From the NCBI GenBank assembly GCA_012295275.1, contig CM022676.1, positions 8,556,001 to 8,620,000 of the forward strand: 64,000 nt of DNA, written 5' to 3'. Position numbers and translations under genes: made by a program. Source of the stretch: Chrysomallon squamiferum. Lineage: Eukaryota; Animalia; Mollusca. The notes under the pieces were generated by a model, which saw nothing but the letters and a program-made list of their open reading frames with translations, ran no database searches and was not told where the DNA came from. Position 1 is the first letter of the stretch; each line of letters starts with the position of its first letter. Below, in pieces: positions 1 through 13,311 of the stretch.

Positions 1-313
1 ATAATAAAAAAATAATAATAAAGTAAAATAAATAAATACTGATATACATATGATTTCTAAAAATGTTATGTTTTTATAAATCAAACAAACAAATAAATAA
101 ATAAATAAATAACTGTTTTAAATACAGTTCCTAAAAATTGTATGTTCTAGCAATGGTATTAATGGTATTGCTTTTATTTTAATAAGAATATGAACTTTGA
201 TTTTTTTTTTAAATACAAATTTTATAAACTATTATTATCATTATCATCATAATCATTTTTGTTATCAACATCATCATTCTTAACATTTTCATTATACTCA
301 GTATCTTTAATAT

Positions 314-345
<32 letters not shown>

Positions 346-1991
346 AAAAAAAAAAATGGCAACTTTAAAAAAAATTATGGTGGGTCCTTTTTAATGTTTA
401 TCAAAAAACTGTCCTAGGATGCCTAAGAAGGGCAATTTCTGACTGCAGATCTAGTCTCATAAAGATAATAAGACATTTTAGATTATCAACAATGTTTTTA
501 TTTGTTTGTTTTTGCTTTTGTTGGGTTTTGTTGTATTATTTTGTATTTTTTTCCTTTTTTTAAATTCTGAAATCTGTATTGAACATACCTTGGATGTTTA
601 CAAAAAAAACAAAAAACATAATGATTGTTAATAATATGTAAATAGATTTTTAACCAAATAATTATGCAATATTTCATTGACAAGAAAGGCCAGATATTTA
701 ATTATAATAAAAAATGAATCAGTTTAAAAATCTATGTTAGCTGCATTTTACCTACTAAACATGTTGATCTTTTAAAGAACATATATTCATTATATGGTAA
801 ATTTTAAATAAATGCTTTTAATATAACAGGTACTTTTTAAATCTTTGGAACAACTAATATTTACTTTTTCTGCATGTTACATACAAGATGAAATGTATAT
901 AAATGTCATTTTGGATAAATGATAATTTTATATAAAATAATCTGTCTTAAATACATAAATTATAAATCGACTTTTTTCTTTTTTCCTAGTGTGTTTTATA
1001 TATATATATATATAAGTCTATTTTAGAAGTATAATGTTCAATAATTTAGTGGATGAGATAGAAAAAAAATTACAAATCAAGACTATTAAGGGAAAAGACA
1101 AGCTGATACTTATAATATAAACTATTATCATTTACAACTAACACCAACATTCCAAGAGTTAATAAAACATTTGAGGTAACTTTTACAAGATTCACAAAAA
1201 TCTTTACTTCCATATCATTGTTATGATCAAATTAATTTTATTATTAAAAAAATACACAGTATAAACATAATAATAGTTTTTAAAAAGTACAAAAAAAAGT
1301 ACGATGAAGAACAAAAAAATTAAATTATTATCAAAACAAAATAATGATTCTCAGTTACATTCCACAAAACAAAATTTCTTTCAACATCAGTTAATTCAAT
1401 AATAACAACAACTGGTACAACAAACAATTCTATAAATTACTTACATCCAACCATTTTCATTTTGGTAAACAAATGAGAAATTCCACATGGGGAAAAAAAA
1501 CCTGAATAAAATTTATCTATACATCTAATTAACAATAACTTTAATAAAAAGCTTTAGAAAGACAATCAATATAATTTTAATGTGTATAATATCATAAATA
1601 TTCTTCTGTTATTCTCTAGAAGTAACATACTACGTCCAGTGCAACATTCACCATATATATATATCTGGAGACCAGTGGTCAGTGTGGGTATATGGTAATA
1701 GTATAAATATTTTTCTTTCATTCTAGAATATATTATATCTACGACCATTGTAATAATATTCAGTGTGTGTATAATTTGGGGATCAAGAGGCTTCACGTTG
1801 TTGACAAGTGGTATGAATTTCATAGTTTTCTCCAGTCACTAAAATACCAATTCAAATGACAGCAGCTGCAGAAAATCATCATCAAACACATCCAGAAACA
1901 CAGGTGATGTTGAATTAGATATATCATACCTGCAGCTTCTGTGAGGAGACCTGATGATGTCAGAAACATGTGGAAGAGGAGAAAGAGGAGG

Positions 1992-1994
<3 letters not shown>

Positions 1995-2064
<70 letters not shown>
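1995..2064. repeat. (AG)n microsatellite, representative of many in the window (e.g. ~11440-11530, 23740-23820, 26330-26410, 26650-26720, 29215-29285)
   Basis: Direct reading. Confidence 0.97.
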
Positions 2065-2065
<1 letters not shown>

Positions 2066-3958
2066 AGAAGATAGAACGAAAAGAGCTGAGAGAGAGAGAA
2101 AAAGAAGATAAGATAAAGATAGACAAATACAGAGAGAGACAGAAAAAAAAAAAACTGACAGAGAAAAACACCTTGAAAAACAAATCAATACATCAAGGAC
2201 TGGTGACATCCTCCATTACAAAGACAGTGAACTGAACTTGTCCTCTGATTTAACTCAACTTTGTTATAACCTACAACAGCTAAATATGTTTTACTGGTTA
2301 CATAACAGAAATCAGTAATTTTTCAGAATTACAGTGTTTCTTCTTCAAAATTTGTTTTAAATACAAGTTGAGTAAGATGTAATGTTAGCAGAATTTTGAG
2401 ACAATATAATCCTGAGATTTGTTTTCTTTTAACATTGCTGATGATTCTGGGTGGGTTTGTTTATTTGTTGGCATCATAAAGAACTCAAAACACATTGAAT
2501 AAGAAATGAAACTCAGCATAAGTGACTCAAATGTGTTCATATGCAACTCAAACACTAGAAGATTCTATATCTAGTACAATTGTGATCAGTTTCATAAACA
2601 TTAATGCCCAGTGAATATGGATTTTAACATCATATTTGGTCCTCTTTCATAAGAAAGACATGTGGATGAGTGGTGAAATTACTTCTCTAGTTAGATCTTA
2701 CTTCAATACAAAACATTTAAGGCAGATAATTACTTTGACATCAGGCTCTTTCTTCTTTGAAGTGTATGTTTGTTAATTATGTAAAGAAACAGTCTAAAAA
2801 TATTTCACATTCTTCTGCATTACGGTTTATCTGGTTTTTGCCAACCAAGCTAAACTTAATAATAAAGTATAAATAGTAACAGAAGAGTATATAATTAATG
2901 AAAGATCTAGGTGTTGCCATTTTACTGTAGTTCTCATGTAATTGTTTATACAGCAGATCTATTTGTCCTGATTTGTACCAGTGCCATTTGGAAGAAAAAA
3001 AACAGTGCAGTGTATGCAGTAGTATTGTGATTTCATTTGTGAAATGGTAACATGGCAGAATACAGTCATTTTGTAAAGGTACTGTTTTACCAACATATTT
3101 TGTTATTAACAGTAAGTCACTCAAACTAAGTATAACAAAATAACCTGGAAGTGGAAAGAATATTTTTAGACCATTCATTTCTGGAATTGTATTGCCATGG
3201 AAACACTTCAGAGTTTTAAAACAGGACGAGTTGTCCAAGGATTAGATTACTTCCAAGTCAATATCCAGGAATTATTCCACTGAAGAATTTTACATCAAAA
3301 TTTTAAATTTAACATCCAAGAAAAAGATGTCTATTTGTAAGCTCAAGTTTTACTGTATTGATGTTTAAGTGACAAGAGAGTGATCTTAAAATCTGAATTA
3401 CAAGCTTAGAGTTAATTCTTATAACAACATTATTTACTGAAGAACTAATAATGATATTAACATCATGTTGGTTTATTTAACTAGTATGGATACCTATGAT
3501 CTTCAAACAGAAATACTAGACTCAGAATTAAATGAACTGTGTACATGAAGCTTCTTCACAAAAAAATATCTTATAGCTGAAGTATTATTATTATTTTTTT
3601 AAATTGGATGGTATTCCATTGATATGATTTTTTTTTTCCCCCAGTCTTCTCTTAACTGGAATATTCATCACAGAATTAATCTGAATTTCTAACATTAACC
3701 CTCCTCATACACAAACATTTTCATATTGTGAAGCACTGCTGCAGTCTGTGTCAATGGCTGGTGTTTCATTGATATGGACATTGATCTCATAAGGCCTAGA
3801 ATAACTTGGGCTTCTTCTGAAGAACTACAATGAATGCTGTTTCTCTGGTAAACGTATTTTTCTTCTTTGATCAAAAATATCAGCCAAAAGACTTACTGGA
3901 TCTTCTCACTTTAAGCCTTATCATGATAAGAAATACCTTTTTTCTTAAAAAAAAATTC

Positions 3959-5869
3959 TCAAGAAGAAGATTTTTCTCGGTTGCGATTGTGAACCACCAT
4001 ATGTCTGTTCAGTGCACTTCTTTGCGCGAACGACTTGTAACACACGACACACTCGAATGGTTTTTCCTGCTGGTGTGTCATCATGTGTTTCTGCAAACTT
4101 GCTGCATCAGAAAACGTCTTCAGACACACCTCGCACCCATACGACCTCTCCCCAGCGTGAGTCAACATGTGTTTCTTTAAATACGCACTCGTGGCGAAGG
4201 CCTTGCAACAAATCTGGCAGCGGAAGATTTTGCTCTCCACGTGGACTGCCATGTGCTTTTTCAGATTCCCGCGCAGGGCGAAGACCTCGGAGCAGATCTC
4301 GCATCGGTAAGGTTTTTCTCCCGTGTGGACGATCATGTGTTTTCTCAAGTCTCCGCTCAGAGCGAAGAGCTTGAAGCAGATTTCGCACTCAAAGTGTTTT
4401 TCTCCCGTGTGAGTCATCGAGTGGGCCACCAAGTGCCCGCTCTGCGTGAAGCACTTGCTGCAGACTTCGCACTGGTAAGGCTTCTCCCCCGTGTGAATCT
4501 GCACGTGCTTCTTCAGCCCCGAGCTCTGCGAGAAACTCTTCGAGCAGAATCCGCACTCGAACCTCTTCTCACCAGTGTGTATCAGGATGTGTCGCTTTAG
4601 GTTTCCCATCTGAACGAACCGCTTGAAGCAGATCTCGCACTCGAAGGGTCTCTCTCCCGTGTGTATCAAAACGTGTTTTCTCAAATCTCCGCTGGAGGCA
4701 AATCCTTTGCCGCAGATGTCACACTTGAAGGTGTGTTCCCCTGTGTGATGAAGCATGTGTGATCTGAGGTATCTCATCTGTGTGAATGACTTGCTGCACA
4801 CGTCACAGGAATACGGCTGCTCGGCTGTGTGGATCAGCATGTGTTTGTCCAGCTCGTCTTTGTACGGGTAGCACCTCCAACAAACCTCACATTTGAAACG
4901 AATTTCTGGAAGTCCGTTTTCGTCCATAACTGGTTCATGTTTCCTTCTGTCTGATCTAGGATCCTTTTTATCACAATTGCTTCCTGAATCGTTTGACGTA
5001 TCGTTCATATGAGCTGCCATTTGGTTTGTCTGACTATCTGAATCGATGTCCATGCCATTACCAGTAGCATCCATCAGAACTGACTGATCATCATCTTCAT
5101 CATCATCAGAATCAGCCCTTGTAATTATAAAATCTTGTTCCCTGTATACCATCTCTGATGACACATCCTCGTCTTCTACATCAAGATCAGGACTATCAAC
5201 AGTTCCGGAATATTCTTCACATCTGGTGTGACGTTTTGGTCCAGCACGTTTTCTGGAACCAGTGTTTATTTTGGTTCCAGTTTGTTCTTTGTTGTCAGTA
5301 GTCTCTTTAATATCAACAGTTCTGTTCTTATCCCTGGAACTGAGCTTAGCAACAACTTTATCCAGTTTACTCTCGCCAGAAACACTTCTGTTACATCCTC
5401 CTGCTGCTGATTTGGTCTTCATGATGTTTATTTTGTTGTTCCCAGATGCTGACGAGGTACCTAAATAAAACTGACCATTGTTAGTAACTGGTTTGTTATT
5501 AATTTTTGATGATTTGGGTTCAGAACTGCTGATACATTTTGTTTCAGCTCTCTTCATACTTCCTTGTTCCAAACTGCTCATACTTTCTGGTTCAGAAATC
5601 CTCACACATTTTGGTTCATCACTTATCACATTTTTCGGTACTGCACTGCAGATACCCAGTTTAGTACTATTTACACATTTTGGTTCTGCTGAGGTTTTTG
5701 ATCTGATATCAGCAGACGTATCCTTAGATTCCAGACTGATATCGCTGGAACTCCTTTCAGTCTCTGGATTATCAGGATCTGGTTTTAGTTGTGTTAAGAC
5801 TGAACCAGGATCGACATTCCTGCCTCCTTCATCGTCAGAGACAGCCTCCTTTTTAACCACAACATCCAT
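3959..5869 (-). CDS. C2H2 (Kruppel-type) zinc-finger protein, 636 aa, 11 tandem fingers after a low-complexity acidic N-terminal half; single coding exon
   Basis: ORF 3959..5929 starts at TTG; the first in-frame ATG is at 5869 (MDVVVKKEAV). Eleven F/Y-x-C-x2-C-x12-H-x3-H repeats with TGEKP/TGERP-type linkers lie at ~3985-4900. Basic NLS-like SRKRAGPKRH. A polypyrimidine acceptor (ttttattttcag) at 5996-5997 defines the exon start. Confidence 0.95.
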   Translation of the reverse strand: MDVVVKKEAVSDDEGGRNVDPGSVLTQLKPDPDNPETERSSSDISLESKDTSADIRSKTSAEPKCVNSTKLGICSAVPKNVISDEPKCVRISEPESMSSLEQGSMKRAETKCISSSEPKSSKINNKPVTNNGQFYLGTSSASGNNKINIMKTKSAAGGCNRSVSGESKLDKVVAKLSSRDKNRTVDIKETTDNKEQTGTKINTGSRKRAGPKRHTRCEEYSGTVDSPDLDVEDEDVSSEMVYREQDFIITRADSDDDEDDDQSVLMDATGNGMDIDSDSQTNQMAAHMNDTSNDSGSNCDKKDPRSDRRKHEPVMDENGLPEIRFKCEVCWRCYPYKDELDKHMLIHTAEQPYSCDVCSKSFTQMRYLRSHMLHHTGEHTFKCDICGKGFASSGDLRKHVLIHTGERPFECEICFKRFVQMGNLKRHILIHTGEKRFECGFCSKSFSQSSGLKKHVQIHTGEKPYQCEVCSKCFTQSGHLVAHSMTHTGEKHFECEICFKLFALSGDLRKHMIVHTGEKPYRCEICSEVFALRGNLKKHMAVHVESKIFRCQICCKAFATSAYLKKHMLTHAGERSYGCEVCLKTFSDAASLQKHMMTHQQEKPFECVVCYKSFAQRSALNRHMVVHNRNREKSSS

Positions 5870-7230
5870 TATCCAGTGACCCTGTCTTTCTAACTGTACC
5901 GTCTTGAATGTTTCTATGGAATATAACAACTTAGTGTTTCCACTTCATGTAAAATGTACTTCTGTACATGGTGCTTTTAGAGGTAGGATGTGTATCTGAA
6001 AATAAAACAAAAATAAAATAAATTAAAATACAGCATAATAATAATAATAATAAACGATACTGATAATAGTGGACTGGTATTTCACTGAACTCTGAGATGA
6101 AATAAATACACTGAAGTCAAGCCATGAACTGATGAAGATATATTTTATTTACTGAACTTGTTTGTGAAATACCTGCATGTTCATGTTATGATCACAGTTA
6201 GCACATTTATCTGGCCCAAAGGTAGCTGACATCTTGGGTTAGATAAATGTACTAGCTGGGATAAATTGGTGTATTAACATATCAAATCCGATCTTGAAAA
6301 TGAAGATGCATATATATATATATATTTACACTTCTTAATTATTTATGTGGTTGTTATCTGATGTATCTAAACCTAAATCTTGAAAATAAAGAAACTGATA
6401 ATAGTGAGCAAATATTTTACTTAATTTATAGACAAAATATCTAGACAGGTAGCCTTAAGTATGCATTAGTGTATCTATATCATATAGACACACTAAATAT
6501 GACTAATGCATATTTAAGGCTACCTGAATATGTGTATTAGTACATATTTGTGTATATTTGTGTATATTTGACTATCTATATTATATGTGTATTAGTGTAT
6601 CTATTCATATATCTATAAACATATATTAGTTTATCTGTGCATATTAGTGCATATGTGTGTATTACTGTATCTGAGTGTATTAGTGTATATACGTGTGTGT
6701 GTGCTTTGCTGTGGACTATTATATTACACGTAGTTACTAAGCTAAATATAAAAATTATGCATTTTCTCAGAGCCTGTAGAGGACATACCACAGACTGTGA
6801 TAAACATGTCTCATAAGCTTACTTAAGGAAAACAAACGTTGCCATGTGGGAGAAAAGGGCAGTTTGATGATGATGATATTGATAATAATAGCTATAACAA
6901 TAATTAATATAAACTCAGATAGCATTTATAAATAACATTATAATATCCTGATTAATAATCATACACAGATTATATATTTATAGTTACAGGCATGTTAGAG
7001 TTAAGCGTATATTTTGTAAACAGAATTAGTTTATACGAAATGAATACAATCGGAAATATTTCCTGATTAGCTGACATATGTATATAGAAATAATAATAAG
7101 CGATTAGTATTACTATTACTAATACTAATATTAGTAATAGCAGGGCAACTTTGCCTCTTTAGTCCGAACCTTTACTCAAACACGGTTTTGACAGCTGTTC
7201 GGAGTTTCAGATCAGTTTTCTTGTCAATAC

Positions 7231-7470
7231 CTAAAGTATTTTGCATTCAAGAAAAATATACTGAAATCGATATTTCTTTAATTCTATATTTTCACTACAA
7301 TACGGACCTTAAAGCTTTCGTTCGATGAGTAAAAGGGGAAAGTGAGACCAACGCGAACTGCAACAAAGACCCATCGCGACTTCCGCCTCCGCCGGAAAAA
7401 TAAATATTGAAACAGAATTTGGTTCGGACCGGTAGTAACTTAAAAAGACGTAGCTTAAAATGTACCCGGT
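7231..7470 (-). promoter_or_regulatory. Probable non-coding first exon and CpG-rich promoter of the zinc-finger gene
   Basis: Minus-strand donor-like TAG|GTATTG at 7231/7230. Local CpG enrichment at 7350-7470 against a CpG-poor background, with ETS-like CCGGAA/CTTCCG and a TCGCGA core. TSS not determinable. Confidence 0.55.
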
Positions 7471-7496
7471 TTGTTTATTTCTTGAGGATTTTTTGT

Positions 7497-7546
<50 letters not shown>

Positions 7547-7647
7547 TTTTTTTAGTTAATTATTTTTTTTAACGTGTATGATAGAAAGTAATGTGCCTGT
7601 TATGTGTCAGTAAATAAACTGGTGATGAATTTTAAAATGTTTATTAA

Positions 7648-7690
<43 letters not shown>

Positions 7691-7762
7691 TGAACCGACT
7701 TCCCTTTGTTTTGATTCATTTCTTTTATTTATTTATTCATTTATCTTTTTATTATTATTATT

Positions 7763-7793
<31 letters not shown>

Positions 7794-10254
7794 TTATTAT
7801 TATTATTATTATGTCTGTTATGTCTGTTATTCTTTTCTTCTTCATCTTATTTCATTTCTTTTTTCTTTTTTTTTTTTTTTTTTTTTTGTCGTGTATGAGC
7901 TTAGTTATGACGTCATAAACGACTTATATCACGAAAGTCAGCAATATGGTCTCTTCAGCTTCTCATTATTATTACGTAAGCATATTAATTATTTTAAAAT
8001 TTCTAATCCCTGTTATTATTATTATTGTTGTTGTTGTTGTTCTTATTGTTGTGAGGTAACTACTTCCATTCCACTTTTACTAATTAGCAAAAAGTAATCC
8101 TACTCTTGTTCATTCCCATATAAGGTAGCACATTCCATTACATCTGATAAACCAGTATTGTGGTATTTGACTGAAATGAAAAAATGGACGCCACTCTTTT
8201 CATCCTATTACTGTCTTAACTCAGAAAATGTTCTATGGGCAATTATAAGTTTTCAAATACCTGAGGGTTGTTTGAACTTTTTTCTTCAACTTCTTTTTCT
8301 TTTTTTATTATTTATTATTACTTAATTTAATTTTAATTTTAATTTTAATTTTTATATTATTGTTATTGTTGTTGTTGTTGTATTATAATAATCATTATAT
8401 ATATACAATGATATGTTGGGGGATGAAATGTCCCTTCTGCAGATGCTATTTTTAGTTTACCATCAAAGAATCATTTCTGAATACACCCATACTCTTGAAA
8501 AAAAACCTGTGTCACAATATTTTATAATCCAACCATGAAGCAGTTGTTGGGGTGGGAAATTAGCTCAAAATTAACACCAAGGAGTATTGATCCAGTGACC
8601 AGCCATGTCCAAACATATTGTATCCTAGCAACCAACAGTGTTTCAAGCCGGTACTATGTCAGATTTGGCTATTTTATTATCATGAATAAAACAGAAGATT
8701 TAAAAAAAAATTAAAAAAATAACTTTTTAAAATATTTTTATTGAACTTATAACACCATGGTAAATGGGAGACAACAACTGATGACACAAAAAATACTCTG
8801 AATATTGAGATAAATGGAATACAGGGACAACAAATTAACATTTTCATAAAATACATTATTTTAAAACAAAACCTGAAGCAATATAGCTACACAAAACTAA
8901 ATATAATTATATTTAAATAGATTTTATGCCTTAAAATTCACAACTTTTCTTGACTTCACCAGTTGTATTGAAATGTATCAATAACTTCATACTTTACAAA
9001 CATCAGTGTTGTAGATTATGCACTGAATTATAGATTATTATATACTAGCAACTAAACTTTGAAATATTTTAAAATAGATTTTCATAAAAGTGAAAACTTT
9101 ATACCTCAAAAATGTCATGTCATGAACTCAAAAACACATAATGAATTAATTACTAGTGGTATTATGACAAACAAAATCGTTAAAAATATTATTGTCTTCT
9201 CTCTGTTTTTTTAAATTAATTTAGATATTAAAATTAATATTATTTCATATCCTATACTTTATAATTATGCAAAGATACAACAATATGTAACAAGTTGTAT
9301 TATTATGACCATACATTTATATATTATTTGTATCTTTTGTTTCTTCTTTTTTTTTCCATTATATATTTGTTCACATCAATACACAATATATCCAACACAT
9401 ATAAGGACAATACACATTTATATTTAGTAGTAATTACAATGAGTATTACACACATAGATAATAACAAAAATATATCACTGAAAATAATGTTTTTTCACAG
9501 AAAAGCACCAACATTTTCAAAGTTTAATACATCTTGATGATGATTTCTTCTCACAGAGTGGAGATGTTTAATAATGTTTTAACACATGAATATATTCATG
9601 TGGGTGTTATAGTATATCTGTGTGTGTGTGTGTGCATGTGTGTGTATGGTGTGTGCATGCTGTGCATGTATGTGTTTGTCTACTGTTTGCTTCTGTGAGT
9701 ATGATGTGGGTATGATGTGTATATATATACATGAACCAGGATTCATGTGTGAGTTTGCATGTGTTTGTATGTATGTATGTACGTATGTATGTATGCTTGA
9801 ATGTATGTATGTGTGTATGTATGCAAATGTGTGTGTAATCGAGTATGTCATCACTTATGTGTTTCTTTTTTCTCTGTAAAGTATGAACAAAGCCACAAAG
9901 GCATTTGACTGATAATAATACTGAGAACAGATACATATATTCATAGATTACAATTTGCACAACATAAACTGCCAAAACTGACACAGAAATAATCAGTTAA
10001 TACAACACACATTCAGAATAAGGTCACAGTGGTTTATGGTAACATCATCATCATCATCATCATCATTATTATTATTATTGTTGTTGTTGTTATTATCATT
10101 ATTTTTTGTATTCTTACGACTGTATTTCTGTTATTATGATTTGTTGTTATATTATTATTGTTGTTATTATTATTGCTACTACTATTACTATCTTATTATT
10201 TTGCTATTGCTGTCATCACCATTATCACCATAATTATCATCATCATCATCATCA

Positions 10255-10309
<55 letters not shown>

Positions 10310-11437
10310 GTACTTACTGAAGACAGTTTATAGAATATCCATTTACTACAAATATATAAAAATATAATACGTATAAAACTTAAATGTTACATATATATTG
10401 TATATTATATAACATGAAAGTTATATGTGTTATGTATTTTTACTAGTTGCTAATACTCTATCAAAACAGTGAAGATTGACAAATTCTCTTTTCATGGATT
10501 TTTCATTGTGTAAAGACAAAACAGGAAAGTAAATGATGGAAATACCAAATTTCTGATTAACATTAATATAGTGTTACTGGAGTAAGGTCATTCTGAAGTC
10601 AATCAAAGAAATAAACACAAATTTCTAAACTAATTAAAAGGAAAATAATAAAAAATAATAATAATTTAAAAAAAAAAAAATTAAATGGTTAGTAAAGCAG
10701 CTACAAAAATACTAAAATGAACTATTTGAAGACAAAATGAAAAGTAATTAATTACTTCTCAAAAATAAATAAAGTAATTAAACAAATAGGTAATTAAACA
10801 AACAAACAAATAAATAAATAAATAAATAAATAATCCCCAAAGAAAACAAAACAAAAACAATAATTAATCAAACAAAATTAATTACATGAGTAAAATAACA
10901 GAGTGCAACACGAATAAAATTTTATGAATGTTTACAGTAATAATTACCATCTATAATTCTGCCATTTTATAACACTACACCAATAATTTATTTATTAAAT
11001 ATATAACCATGGTTTTGAATATAGAGATAAAATTTTATAATAATGTTTTTTAAAGCTGGAATATTAATAGAAATAGAATTATGCAATAATAATTTATATA
11101 TATATATATACATGTAAATATCAAACATTAAATATAATTTGTCAACATTCAGCAACAATAGCAACAGAATCAAATCTAAATTTACTGACTTACTTGTGTG
11201 TGTGTGTGTGTGTGTGTGTGAATACTTTATTTTACTATGGTGTAAAGGGTTTTGTATGTTAAACGTTCTTATTTCTTTACATATGTTTAATTTTCAAGTG
11301 ATCTCGTTTTGTCTGTAGAAAATAATATTGGAAAATACTGAAAAGAAATAATGTGTTTGAGTTTGTGTGCAGATGTTGATGTGCTTGGGTATTTCATGTT
11401 GATTCTGAAAGTAATTAGTAATACATATATTTTACAA

Positions 11438-11534
<97 letters not shown>

Positions 11535-12411
11535 AATGTACACAACTGTATTTAAGAATGTGATATAATAAAAGAGAATTGTATCTGTCTCCATACCATC
11601 AGAATTCTGTAATATAGACTGAAGAGAAAACAATGAAAGAAACAAAATAATAATAATAATCTCAACAAAATAAACAAATAAATAAATATTAACAATGTTA
11701 TATTTGGGTTTCAGAAATTCAAAATAAAGTATTGGTGGGTTAATATTTCGATTTTTTGTATTTTAATTACTTATTGTCGTCTCTATATATATGTAAAGAA
11801 TTAAAAATTAAAGCTGTAAATTCAAAAAATGTCTTTCTTGGCAAAAAATACAGTTAAATGAATTATTATTAGCATGATAAAGATATGTAATTACCATCAC
11901 CCATGGAAATATAAATGTTATATTACATTATATTATATTATATTATTATTCCTATAATAAATAATTTATATTATATTGTATATATACTAGATAAAATTAT
12001 CATAATTTATAGATATGTCTGCATTCTTACATTTTGATTATCACCATAAATAGATATTTTGAGATCATGGAAAAAAAATATATCACAAATTATTCTTTAC
12101 TTATTGAATTGTCACAAATAAAAATGCTTCCTGTAATCAGTCAGAATATAATTATCTAATTCTAAATGATGGTTTTATATATTTCTTCACACCAACCTTT
12201 GCTAATCATAAAGTTTGCTAATTTACTGTTATTAAAGGTTGGTGTCATTAACAAAAGCTTCATTTGGAAATATATAAAATGTATTTGGAGTATTAACTTT
12301 GTTCGTTTTACAATAGGTAAATTTTATATGATGATTCTTATTAATAAATCCACCCTGCAAAGTTATGGAAAATTCTTCTTCTTGTAGTTTTTATAGACAC
12401 CCTCATGCAGC

Positions 12412-12477
<66 letters not shown>

Positions 12478-12709
12478 AACACACGCACAGCTATCACATC
12501 CCAATGCACCCTCCCATTCACATTCTTTCTTTCTCTCTCTCTCAGACATACATGCAGAGACTTTCATACAAATGTCAGCTGTATTTCTTTGACTGTTAAT
12601 GTTTTATTCTACACTGGTATATTTCAGATGTTATTATCATTTTTATTGATCTCTTGTTAATTTAAACTGTAATGAAAATCATGGAACAGTTCTCTTTATT
12701 TTGTTCAGA

Positions 12710-12740
<31 letters not shown>

Positions 12741-12917
12741 TGTCATATTAATATGAGCTAAAATTATTTGGCTCCATTTATTTATTTTATATCACATCTA
12801 CTTTTGTTTATTAATATATATATTGATGTTAATTTTATATTATTCAAACTCATAACCATTTTAAACTATAAAATTTATAATCTTTCAAAATTATAATCTT
12901 TCAAAAATTTAATAAGA

Positions 12918-12957
<40 letters not shown>

Positions 12958-13311
12958 CTTATTAAAGCTAGTAAATAATTATGTCTAAAAATAAAATATT
13001 CCTAAACTTTTTTCTTTTTTATAATCTGTATCATATACAACTCAATAATCATTTTAATTTCATAAAAGGTGAAGAAAGATTTTAAGAGGAAATAACTCTA
13101 TTCTGGTTCAGCCATTTGCAATCAGAGGAGATCACTCTAATGCATTCTTCAACAAGGGGAGATAACGTCCTCTTCAAGGCAGTCAAAAGCAAGGCAAGGT
13201 AATAACAATCCTGGTTATGGTTGACAAAACAAGGGGAGATAACTGCAGACCAGTCAACGCCATCACTAGGGAAGGTAACATTGTGGTGAAACCATCAAGG
13301 GGAAGGTAACT

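Noticed and set aside
1820-2235. ORFs of 93-129 aa around an (AG)n tract
   Set aside because: Open because of the microsatellite (SLSL/ERER); no family similarity or convincing splice structure.
3830-5879. Several plus-strand and alternate-frame ORFs overlapping the zinc-finger CDS
   Set aside because: Antisense shadows of a GC-rich repetitive coding region with no recognisable domains.
8545-8660. tRNA-like start (ggggtgggaaattagctcaa)
   Set aside because: No cloverleaf can be formed; at most a decayed SINE head.
13183-13311. 42-codon hydrophobic open frame after the SLC17 TAG (possible stop readthrough)
   Set aside because: The TAG-A context is not a typical readthrough signal, and the open frame is explicable by the pyrimidine-rich motif array. 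It would need Ribo-seq or conservation evidence.
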